A stretch of DNA of 64,000 nt from Ramlibacter sp. (GTDB lineage Bacteria > Pseudomonadota > Gammaproteobacteria > Burkholderiales > Burkholderiaceae_C). Of this stretch, positions 17,456 through 25,788 are shown piece after piece. Each line of letters starts with the position of its first letter. Position 1 is the stretch's first letter. The notes beneath the pieces are model-generated. The model was given only the letters and a program-made list of their open reading frames with translations, had not been told where the DNA came from and made no database searches. The stretch is taken from NCBI GenBank assembly GCA_021323335.1, contig JAJTCN010000007.1:8779-72778 (forward strand). The letters run 5' to 3'. The translations under genes and the position numbers were made by a program.

Positions 17456-18288
17456 TCCTTGCGCCCCGTCATGTAGTCGTACACGGCACGCGAAACGCGC
17501 GCGATCGTCTCCTGCCGGCCGTTCACTTCCGGCGCCCACTCGGTGAGGATGACGACCACGTAGGCGTCACGCCCGTCGAGATACACGATGCCCGCATCGT
17601 GGGCAACGGTCGATATCTCTCCCGTCTTGTGGGCCACCCGCGCATCCTCCGGCAAGCCGGCCGGGATGCCGCTGCGAAAGCGCTGCTGGTGCAGGATGTC
17701 CAGCATGGCCTTCGACGCTTCGGGGGAGATGGCCTTGCCCTCCTCGATCAGGCGCAGGGCGTCGCACAGTCCCGCCGCGGTGACGCGGTTGTTGACGCCC
17801 GCCTCCCAGGCCGCCTCGTCCTCCACGCCGCGCCGCAGGTCGATGCCGCCCAGGTGCAGGCGTGCCAGCGAGGCGCGCGCGGCCTCCACCCCGACCAGGT
17901 CGAGCAGCACGTTGGTGGCGAGGTTGCTGCTGGTGACGATCATGTGCTCGGCCAGTTCGTGCACCGTCAGCATGCGCCCGATCGCCGCATGCACTTGCGC
18001 ATTCGCCTCGCGTTCCGGCGCCACGCGGTAGGGGCGGCCGTCGACGACGCCGTGGAAGCGATTGCGCACGTGCACGCGCGAGTACGGCTCGAAGCGGTGC
18101 TGCTCGATGGCCTCGTACACGCCCAGCAGCACCGGCACCTTGATGGTGCTCGCCGCATGGAACCAGCGCGCGGCATTGAGCGACCACGTGGTGTGGTGCT
18201 CGAAGTCGTAGGCCGCCACCGCGATGGCGGACGCACCGGCGTCTTCGCCGATCCCGAGGACGATGTCGCGCAGGGATGCCTCGCTCAT
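17452..18288 (-). CDS. class A beta-lactamase-like serine hydrolase without signal peptide
   Basis: AASTIK (SxxK), SSN (SxN), HKTG, HDAGIV. Confidence 0.88.
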   Translation of the reverse strand: MSEASLRDIVLGIGEDAGASAIAVAAYDFEHHTTWSLNAARWFHAASTIKVPVLLGVYEAIEQHRFEPYSRVHVRNRFHGVVDGRPYRVAPEREANAQVHAAIGRMLTVHELAEHMIVTSSNLATNVLLDLVGVEAARASLARLHLGGIDLRRGVEDEAAWEAGVNNRVTAAGLCDALRLIEEGKAISPEASKAMLDILHQQRFRSGIPAGLPEDARVAHKTGEISTVAHDAGIVYLDGRDAYVVVILTEWAPEVNGRQETIARVSRAVYDYMTGRKE

Positions 18289-18367
18289 GCCCGGATGGTG
18301 AGGCAAGCCGGGCAGCCGGCGCGTCAGACGAACGCCAGACCGGACGACGCGGCCGCGGCGGCCATGC

Positions 18368-20758
18368 TCAGCCGGACAGCGCCGACAACACGCCTTCCAC
18401 CGCGGCGATGTCGACCGGCTTGGTCAGGTGCACGTCGAAGCCGGCGGCGAGGCTTTTCGCCCGGTCTCCTTCGGTGCCCCAGCCGGTCAGCGCCACCAGC
18501 GTGCGCATGCCGCCGCCGGGAAGCGCGCGCAGCCTGGCGGCCGTTTCGTAGCCGTCCATGCCGGGCATGCCGATGTCCAGGAACACCACCGACGGCTGGT
18601 GCCGCGCCGCCATCTCCAGCGCCGCCGCGCCGTCGTGTGCGAGCAGCACCTCGTGCCCACTCATCTCCAGCACCATCGCCAGGGTCTCGGCCGCGTCCCT
18701 GTTGTCGTCGACCACCAGCACCTTGCGCCGCGACGCCTCGGTGCGCGTGGCGCCCTCGCCGGCACCGGCGGCCGCGCCCTCCCGCTGCGCCCGGGGCAGC
18801 CACATGATCAAGCGGCTGCCGGCGCCGCTGCCGGCGCTCTCGGCGGCGACCCGGCCGCCGTGCATCTCCACGAGGCTCTTGACCACGCTCAGGCCGATGC
18901 CCAGCCCGCCCTGGGCCCGCTCGCGGTGCTGCTCCACCTGCGCGAAGCGGTCGAACACCCGCTCCAGCATCGCGGCCGGGATGCCGATGCCGGTGTCCTC
19001 CACCTCGACGCGCACCATGTCGTCCTCCGTCGCCGCGCGCAGCATGACCCGGCCGCCGGGCGGCGTGTACTTCGCCGCGTTGTTGAGGAGGTTGCCGACC
19101 ACCTGCACCAGCCGCGTCGGGTCACCCGAGACCTGCAGCTGCAGGTCCACGCCCTCCCACACCAGCGTGTGTTTCTGTGCATCCATGAGCGGGCGGCAGA
19201 CGTCCACGGCCTGCTCCAGCACGGTGTGCAGCGGCACGGTCTCCTTGCGCAACAGGATCTTGCCCTGGCTGATGCGGGCGATGTCCAGCAGGTCGTCGAC
19301 CAGGCGCACCATGTGGTCCAGTTGGCGCTGCATGATGCCGTGCACCTGGGCCATCTGCGCCGGCGGCGCCGCGCCTCGCTGCAGCACGTGCAACCCGGTG
19401 CGCAGGGGCGCCAGCGGATTGCGCAGTTCATGGGCCAGCATGGCGAGGAAATCGTCCTTCTGCCGGTCCGACCGCCGCACGGCCTCGCGCGCCTGCCACA
19501 GGTCCGTGATGTCGACGCAGGCGCCCGTCATCGTCTTGGCGCGGCCGGCGGCATCCAGGATGGTGCGGCCCCGGTCGTAGAGCCAATGCTCCGACCCGTC
19601 CGGGTACACCACCCGGAACTCCATCTCGAAGTCGTCGCCGAAATCGCGGCAGCGCTCGCAGCGCCGGATGACCTCGGCGCGGTCGTCCGGGTGCACCAGC
19701 GCGATGAACTGGTCCAGGCTGCGCACCGCTGCCCCGGGCTGCAGGCCGAACAGGCGGTCCAGCGCGGTGTCCCACCAGAGGTGGTTTTCCTGGATGTCCC
19801 AGTGGAAGGTGCCGGTGCGGCTGGCTTCCAGTGCGACCTCCATCGCCTGCTCGGTCGCCTTGCGCGCGCTGATGTCGATGGCCGTTCCCATGGCGCGAAC
19901 GCAGCGGCCGGTCTCGTCGAACATGCCGCGGCCCCTGGCGGCCACCCAGCGCACGTGGCCGTCGTCGCGGCCGACCGTGCGGTACTCGACGTTGTAGAGG
20001 GTGCGGCGTTGCGGGTCGCAGGAGGCGGCGAAGGCCGCCACGACTTCGTCCCGGTCCCCCGGGTGGAGTCCGGCGAAGAAGTCATCCAGCGTCAGCGGCT
20101 GGTCCCCCCGGATGCCGAACATGGCGCGCAGCCTGGCTTGCCAGACCATGGTGCTGTCGACCATGTTGACGTCCCAGAAGGCGATCTCCGCCGCATCGGT
20201 GGCCAGGCGCAACTGCTCCTCGCTCAGCCGCAACGCCTGCTGCGCGTTCCGGGCCGCGCTCGCCTCCTGCGCAAGGCGCACCGCGCTGGTGGTCTCGATG
20301 GCCGCGCAGAAGATGCCGGCGACCTGGCCGTCGTCGTCCAGCAGCGGCGTATAGGTGAAGCTGAAATAGCTCGGGGCGTCGAATCCGCGGCCGGCCAGGT
20401 CGAACGGGCGATCCTCGAACGAAAGGGATTCGCCGCGCATGACGGCCTCGTTCAGGGGCCGCAACTCGTCCCAGATCTCCTCCCACACTTCGGCCATGGG
20501 GTGGCCGAGCGCGCGCGGATGCTTGGCCCCGAGGATGGCGATGTAGCCGTCGTTGTAGAGGGAGACGAAGTCCGGGCCCCAGCCGATGAACATGGGCTGC
20601 TGCGCGCGCAGGAGCAGGCTCACCGCCGTCTTCAGGGACTGCGGCCAGCCCGCCGGCGGGCCGAGGCGCGTGGCCGACCAGTCGAAAGCCTGGATCAGGG
20701 CGCCCATCGCCCCGCCTTCCCGCAGGAAGGGAAGCACGGTGAGGTCCTGGGCGCCCAT
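18368..20758 (-). CDS. multi-PAS hybrid sensor histidine kinase
   Basis: DWSATRLGPPAGWPQSL N-terminus, three PAS-like domains, LAHELRNPL, GGLGIGL, C-terminal REC. Confidence 0.92.
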   Translation of the reverse strand: MGAQDLTVLPFLREGGAMGALIQAFDWSATRLGPPAGWPQSLKTAVSLLLRAQQPMFIGWGPDFVSLYNDGYIAILGAKHPRALGHPMAEVWEEIWDELRPLNEAVMRGESLSFEDRPFDLAGRGFDAPSYFSFTYTPLLDDDGQVAGIFCAAIETTSAVRLAQEASAARNAQQALRLSEEQLRLATDAAEIAFWDVNMVDSTMVWQARLRAMFGIRGDQPLTLDDFFAGLHPGDRDEVVAAFAASCDPQRRTLYNVEYRTVGRDDGHVRWVAARGRGMFDETGRCVRAMGTAIDISARKATEQAMEVALEASRTGTFHWDIQENHLWWDTALDRLFGLQPGAAVRSLDQFIALVHPDDRAEVIRRCERCRDFGDDFEMEFRVVYPDGSEHWLYDRGRTILDAAGRAKTMTGACVDITDLWQAREAVRRSDRQKDDFLAMLAHELRNPLAPLRTGLHVLQRGAAPPAQMAQVHGIMQRQLDHMVRLVDDLLDIARISQGKILLRKETVPLHTVLEQAVDVCRPLMDAQKHTLVWEGVDLQLQVSGDPTRLVQVVGNLLNNAAKYTPPGGRVMLRAATEDDMVRVEVEDTGIGIPAAMLERVFDRFAQVEQHRERAQGGLGIGLSVVKSLVEMHGGRVAAESAGSGAGSRLIMWLPRAQREGAAAGAGEGATRTEASRRKVLVVDDNRDAAETLAMVLEMSGHEVLLAHDGAAALEMAARHQPSVVFLDIGMPGMDGYETAARLRALPGGGMRTLVALTGWGTEGDRAKSLAAGFDVHLTKPVDIAAVEGVLSALSG

Positions 20759-20789
20759 GGCTGAATATAGCCGGCCCCGCAGGCGCCGG

Positions 20790-21938
20790 TCAGGCCCTGC
20801 GCGCGATGCTGTCAGCCACCCGGACGGACTGCTGCGCGATGGTGCGCAGGACCCCGCCCGGCTGGCGGATGTCGTACCCCACGAAGTACACGCCTTCCAG
20901 TTCCCCGCTGCCGGCGACGTCGGCCGGCAGCCCCTTGTCGCCGACCGGCACCTGCACCTGCGGGAAGAGCTGCGCGAGGTCCGCTCGATAGCCCGTCGCC
21001 AGGATGACCGCGTCGAACGGCTCCTCGCGGCCGTCCAGGAAACGCACGCCGTCGGCGGTGAACGCCGCGATGCCGGGGCGCACCGCGATGTCGCCGCGGC
21101 GGATCATGTCCACCGTGCCGATGTCGATGACGGGCGTGCGCCCCTGCTCGCGCAACTGGCGCAGCGGCGAGATGGGCGGCGTCTCGATGCCGTAGGGCCG
21201 CAGGTCACCGATGGTCAACTTGCGGAAGGTGAGGGCGATGGCGTCGGCAAGCTTCCCGGGCAGCTTCGACAGCAGGATGGACGTCACCTGCACCGGCCGC
21301 CCCAGCACGTCGCGCCGGACGATGTTCAGGGGCGAGCGCACGGAGACCGTGGCGCTGGCCCCGTTGTGCGCGAGGTCGAGCGCGATCTCCGCGCCGGTGT
21401 TGCCCATGCCCACGACCAGCACGCGGCAGCCCGTGAAGGGTTGCGCATCGCGGTAGCTTTCGCTGTGCAGGACGCGTCCGAGGTAGCCCTCCTGCGCCGG
21501 GAAGGTGGCCTGGTTGGCCCGGCCGTTGGCACCGGTGGCCAGCACCACCTGGCGGGTCAGGAAGGTCCGGCCGCCGCGGCAGCGCGTGAGCCAGCGGCCT
21601 TGCGAGCGGGTGATCGATTCGGCCTCCTGGCCGAACCAGGGCTGCAGCTGGAACTTCGCGGCATAGCGACCCAGGTAGTCCACCAGCTGCTCGCGCGTCA
21701 CATAGCGGGGAAAGTCGTCGGGAAAGGGAAAGTGCGGCAGCGCCGAATGCTGCTTGACCGTGTGCAGCCGCAGCCGCCGGTAGTGGTTGCGCCAGCTGGT
21801 GCCCACGGCCTCGCCCCGTTCGATGATTTCGGCGTGCACGCCTTTCTGCGCGAGGCTGGCGGCCACCGCCAGGCCGGCCGGGCCGGCGCCGATCACGAGA
21901 ACCTCGGCCTGCAACGGCTCTTCGTCTGGACTGGACAT
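20790..21938 (-). CDS. flavin-containing monooxygenase (YUCCA/FMO-like)
   Basis: GAGPAG, ATG, YLGRVLHSESY, GMGNTG, ATGY; ATG 21938 with GGAGGAG RBS. Confidence 0.85.
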   Translation of the reverse strand: MSSPDEEPLQAEVLVIGAGPAGLAVAASLAQKGVHAEIIERGEAVGTSWRNHYRRLRLHTVKQHSALPHFPFPDDFPRYVTREQLVDYLGRYAAKFQLQPWFGQEAESITRSQGRWLTRCRGGRTFLTRQVVLATGANGRANQATFPAQEGYLGRVLHSESYRDAQPFTGCRVLVVGMGNTGAEIALDLAHNGASATVSVRSPLNIVRRDVLGRPVQVTSILLSKLPGKLADAIALTFRKLTIGDLRPYGIETPPISPLRQLREQGRTPVIDIGTVDMIRRGDIAVRPGIAAFTADGVRFLDGREEPFDAVILATGYRADLAQLFPQVQVPVGDKGLPADVAGSGELEGVYFVGYDIRQPGGVLRTIAQQSVRVADSIARRA

Positions 21939-21980
21939 CACGCTGGCTCCTCCAGCCGGGAGCATAAGGGGTGGCGGGCG

Positions 21981-23357
21981 TCAGGCAGGCTGGCGCAGGT
22001 GCCACGCTTTCGGCCGGGTGAAGGCCTGGATGCCGTAGGTGGACAGGGTCAGCCCCACGCCGGAGTCGCCGACGCCGCTCCAGGGCAGGCGCGGGCTCAC
22101 GCGGTCGCAGCAGTTCCAGTAGACGCTGCCGGCGTGCACGCGGGACAGCACGTTGCGCGCGCGTTGCTCGTCGCGCGTGAACACCCCCGCCGTCAGGCCG
22201 TAGCGCGTGTCGTTCATCAGGCGCACCGCCTCCTCGTCGCCCGCCACCTTCTGGATGCCGATGACGGGGCCGAAGCTTTCCTCGCGCATGATGTCCATGT
22301 CGTGGTCCACCTCGGTCATCACGGTGGGCTCGTACCAGTTGCCCGGGCCCTTGCCCCTGCGGCCGCCCAGCAGCAGGGAAGCCCCCTTGCGCTGCGCATC
22401 GGCAACCTGCTGGTCCAGCACCTTCAGCTGCGGCTCGCGCGTGATGGCGCCGATGTAGGTGTCCTCGCTGGCCGGATCCCCCATCCTGTAGCCGCGCACC
22501 GTCTTGACGAAGTGCTCGACGAAGGCGTCGTGGACTTTCTCGTGCACGTAGATGCGCTCGACCGAGCAGCAGCTCTGGCCGGTGTTGTACATCGCGCCGT
22601 CGGCCAGCGACTCGGCGGCGGCCCGCGGGTCGGCGTCGTCGCAGACATAGGTGGGATCCTTGCCGCCCAGCTCCAGCTGCAGCTTGATCAGCCGCTTGCC
22701 CACCGCCTCGGCGATGCGCTGGCCGGTGGCGTGCGAGCCGGTGAAGAAGACGCCGTCGACCGGCTGGTCGAGCAATGCGGTTCCAACCTCGCCGGCGCCG
22801 ACCAGGCACGCCATCACTTCCCTGGGTACGCCCGCTTCGTGCAGCAGGCGCGTGATCTCGAGGCCGGTCATCGCCGCATATTCGGAGGGCTTGTAGAGCA
22901 CCGCGTTGCCGGTCAGCAGCGCCGGCAGGATGACGTTGCAGCCGACGAACCACGGATAGTTCCAGGCGGAGATGTTGGCCACCACGCCCAGCGGTTCGTG
23001 CTGGATCTGCTCGCGCATGCCGCCTTCGTCGTGCACGGTCTCGGCGGCGATCGCCTGGTCCACTTCCGCCAGGAAGAAGTCGATGCGGGGCAGCAGGCCA
23101 TGGAGCTCGTTGCGCGACATCTTGATCGGCTTGCCGGTTTCGCGCGTCATCACCTGCGCGAGCTGCTCGAGGTCGCGCACGACACCGGCGCGAAAGCCCT
23201 CGATGCACTTCTTGCGCTCAGCGAGCGGCCGCGCGGCCCAGGCCGGCTGCGCGAAGCCGGCAGCCAGGGCCTTCTTGCGAACGGACGCGGCATCGTCGGC
23301 CGGGAGTTCGATGATCAGCTCGCCCGTCGCCGGGTTGTGGATGGGAAGGGTGCTCAT
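21981..23357 (-). CDS. aldehyde dehydrogenase
   Basis: AWNYP, KPSE, FTGS, LELGGKD, GQSCC, EESFGP. Confidence 0.95.
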   Translation of the reverse strand: MSTLPIHNPATGELIIELPADDAASVRKKALAAGFAQPAWAARPLAERKKCIEGFRAGVVRDLEQLAQVMTRETGKPIKMSRNELHGLLPRIDFFLAEVDQAIAAETVHDEGGMREQIQHEPLGVVANISAWNYPWFVGCNVILPALLTGNAVLYKPSEYAAMTGLEITRLLHEAGVPREVMACLVGAGEVGTALLDQPVDGVFFTGSHATGQRIAEAVGKRLIKLQLELGGKDPTYVCDDADPRAAAESLADGAMYNTGQSCCSVERIYVHEKVHDAFVEHFVKTVRGYRMGDPASEDTYIGAITREPQLKVLDQQVADAQRKGASLLLGGRRGKGPGNWYEPTVMTEVDHDMDIMREESFGPVIGIQKVAGDEEAVRLMNDTRYGLTAGVFTRDEQRARNVLSRVHAGSVYWNCCDRVSPRLPWSGVGDSGVGLTLSTYGIQAFTRPKAWHLRQPA

Positions 23358-24127
23358 GTCTTGCGGGCCGCGCGCGCGGCCTCCAGGAAGTCCCGCAGCA
23401 GCGGCGTATCGTCGACCACGCCGAGCTCGGGGCGGTGGAATTCAGGATGCCATTGCACCGCGGCGACCCATGGCCCGCCGGTGTGCCGGATCGCCTCGAC
23501 CACGCCGTCGTCCGGCGACACCGCCTCGACTTCGAAGCCGGGCGCCACGTCCTTGATGCCCTGGTGGTGCACGCTGTTGATCTTGTGGCGGCCGGGCGGA
23601 ACCAGTTGCGCGAGGCGGCTTCCCGGCAGGATGTCGACCTCGTGGAAGTTCAGGTCGTAGGCTTCGGCGTCGCGGTGCACGCGCGCGCCCGGCTTCTGCG
23701 TGCTGATGTCCTGGTAGAGCGTGCCGCCGTGCGCCACGTTGATCAACTGCAGGCCGCGGCAGATGCCGAACACCGGCTTGCCGGCGGCGGAGAAGGCCTT
23801 GACCAGCGCGATCTCGTATTCGTCGCGGACGCGGTCCCCGTGCCACTCCGGCCGCAGCGGCTCCTCGCCGTAGCTGCCCGGCCAGACATCGGCGCCGCCG
23901 TGCATCACGATGCCATCCAGCCAGTCGACGTAGTCCTGCACGCTGACGCCGCCTTGCCGGTACGTGGCACCGCCGAAGGAAGGGATCATCACCGGCAGCG
24001 CGCCCTCCGACATCACCCAGTGCGCGGTGGACTGTTCGATCCACAACAAGGTCTTCTGCGGCGCGGCCTTGCGCTCCCCGTCGGGGTGGAAGAAGCAGGC
24101 GCTGATGCCGATCTTCAAGGGGTTCAT
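23354..24127 (-). CDS. gamma-glutamyl-amide hydrolase (PuuD/peptidase C26)
   Basis: GGADV, GICRGLQ, NSVHHQG, QWHPE. Confidence 0.9.
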   Translation of the reverse strand: MNPLKIGISACFFHPDGERKAAPQKTLLWIEQSTAHWVMSEGALPVMIPSFGGATYRQGGVSVQDYVDWLDGIVMHGGADVWPGSYGEEPLRPEWHGDRVRDEYEIALVKAFSAAGKPVFGICRGLQLINVAHGGTLYQDISTQKPGARVHRDAEAYDLNFHEVDILPGSRLAQLVPPGRHKINSVHHQGIKDVAPGFEVEAVSPDDGVVEAIRHTGGPWVAAVQWHPEFHRPELGVVDDTPLLRDFLEAARAARKT

Positions 24128-24155
24128 GCCATGCAGCCTCCAGGACCGAGGTTCG

Positions 24156-25289
24156 TCACATCGCCGCCTTGAACAGCCGCTCGAAATCGGCCGCGGTCAC
24201 CGGCCGCGGATTGGTCTGGTGGCAGATGTCCTTCACGGCGATGTCCACCAGCTTCGGGATCTGGTCCGGCCTCACCCCGTGCGAGGACAGGGTGCCGGTG
24301 ATGCCGATGCTCTGCTTCAACTGCCTGAGCCACGGCACGAAAGCCTTGCCGCCGCCGGGCACCTTGCAGACGTGCGCGAGCTCGTCGAACTTCTCCGGCA
24401 CCATCTCGCGGTTCCACTCCAGCACCGCGTCGATCATCAGGGCATTGGCCAGGCCATGGTGCAGGTCGGCCACGGCGCCGAGCGCATGCGCGCAGGAATG
24501 CACCGCGCCCAGGTCCTTCTGGAAAGCGATCGCCCCCATCATGGAACTCATCATCATGTCGCCGCGCGCGGCGATGTCGCCCGGCTCCTTCACGGCCTTC
24601 AGCAGCGAACGCGCCGCGATGCGCGCGCCCTCCAGCGCGATGCCGTCGCACAGCGGGTGGTAGGCGGGCGACAGGTAGCTCTCGATGTTGTGCGTGAGCG
24701 CATCCATGCCGGTGGCTGCCGTGACATGCGGCGGCAGGCCGAGGGTCAACTCCGGATCGGCGAACACCTTCTTCGCCAGGATCTTCGCGCTGAACACCAC
24801 GCGCTTGAGGTGCGTGTCGTCCTCGCTCACCACGGACGACCGCCCCACTTCGGAACCGGTGCCCGAGGTCGTCGGCAAGGCCACGAAGTACGGCAGCGGT
24901 TTCGTGATCGGGCGCACCTTCGAGTGGTCCCACACGTATTCGATGATGTCGCCCTCGTGCGTGGCGGCGATGCCCACCACCTTGGCGACGTCGAGCGCGG
25001 CGCCGCCGCCGAAGCCGATGACGCAGTCGGCCCGGTGCAGCTTGTACGCCGCCGCGCCCGCCATCACCTGGCTGGCCGTCGGGTTGCCGAACACGCCGGA
25101 GAAGACCGCGACGTCCAGCCCCTGCAGGTGCGAACGGAACTCCTCGAGCACCGGCAGCGCGCCCAGCGCCTTGTCCGTGACGATCAGCGGCCGCTTCAGC
25201 CCCTGTTCCAGCAGGTGCTTGCCGACCTCCTTGCGGGCGCCGGGCCCGAACTGGATGGCGGTGGGAAAGGAAAAGGCGGAAAGGCTCAT
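24156..25289 (-). CDS. iron-containing alcohol dehydrogenase
   Basis: GGGAALD, PTTSGTGSE, GMDALTHNIE, HSCAH, HHGLAN. Confidence 0.93.
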   Translation of the reverse strand: MSLSAFSFPTAIQFGPGARKEVGKHLLEQGLKRPLIVTDKALGALPVLEEFRSHLQGLDVAVFSGVFGNPTASQVMAGAAAYKLHRADCVIGFGGGAALDVAKVVGIAATHEGDIIEYVWDHSKVRPITKPLPYFVALPTTSGTGSEVGRSSVVSEDDTHLKRVVFSAKILAKKVFADPELTLGLPPHVTAATGMDALTHNIESYLSPAYHPLCDGIALEGARIAARSLLKAVKEPGDIAARGDMMMSSMMGAIAFQKDLGAVHSCAHALGAVADLHHGLANALMIDAVLEWNREMVPEKFDELAHVCKVPGGGKAFVPWLRQLKQSIGITGTLSSHGVRPDQIPKLVDIAVKDICHQTNPRPVTAADFERLFKAAM

Positions 25290-25786
25290 GGCGTGGGGGC
25301 GAGTTGCAGGTGCATGTGGTTCTTGGCGTACGGGCGGCCGGCGACGCGGATCGCATCCGGCTCGACACCGAAGGAGCGAAAGCCTGCCGCTTCGTACAGG
25401 CGCGTCGCGCGTTCGTTGCCGTCGGTGACGGTGAGCACCAGCGACTCCAGGCCGTTCAGCCGCGCATGGGCGATCAGCGCATCGAGCAGCGCACGGCCGA
25501 CGCCCTGGCCGCCGACCTCGGGCGCGACGTACATGCCCATGACGGTGGCCTTGTGCCGGTTCTTGGGGCGCAGCTCCCGCTCCAGCCCGACGAAGCCGTA
25601 CAGCTCCGCGTGATGGTAGGCGCCCCAGAATGGATGTGCTGCGAGGCGCCGCGCCGCCGCCTCGACCGGCTGCTCGCGGTCCTGTTCGTAGCTGGAGGTG
25701 AAGGCGTCCGGATGCTCGCGCAGCGCCCGCAGGCGCAGCGAGCGATAGAGCGTGGCATCCGCGGGGCCCAGCATCCTCACCAGCAT
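25286..25786 (-). CDS. GNAT family N-acetyltransferase
   Basis: ATG 25786; MYVAPEVGGQGVGRALL, NERATRLYEAAGF. Confidence 0.85.
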   Translation of the reverse strand: MLVRMLGPADATLYRSLRLRALREHPDAFTSSYEQDREQPVEAAARRLAAHPFWGAYHHAELYGFVGLERELRPKNRHKATVMGMYVAPEVGGQGVGRALLDALIAHARLNGLESLVLTVTDGNERATRLYEAAGFRSFGVEPDAIRVAGRPYAKNHMHLQLAPTP

Positions 25787-25788
25787 GT

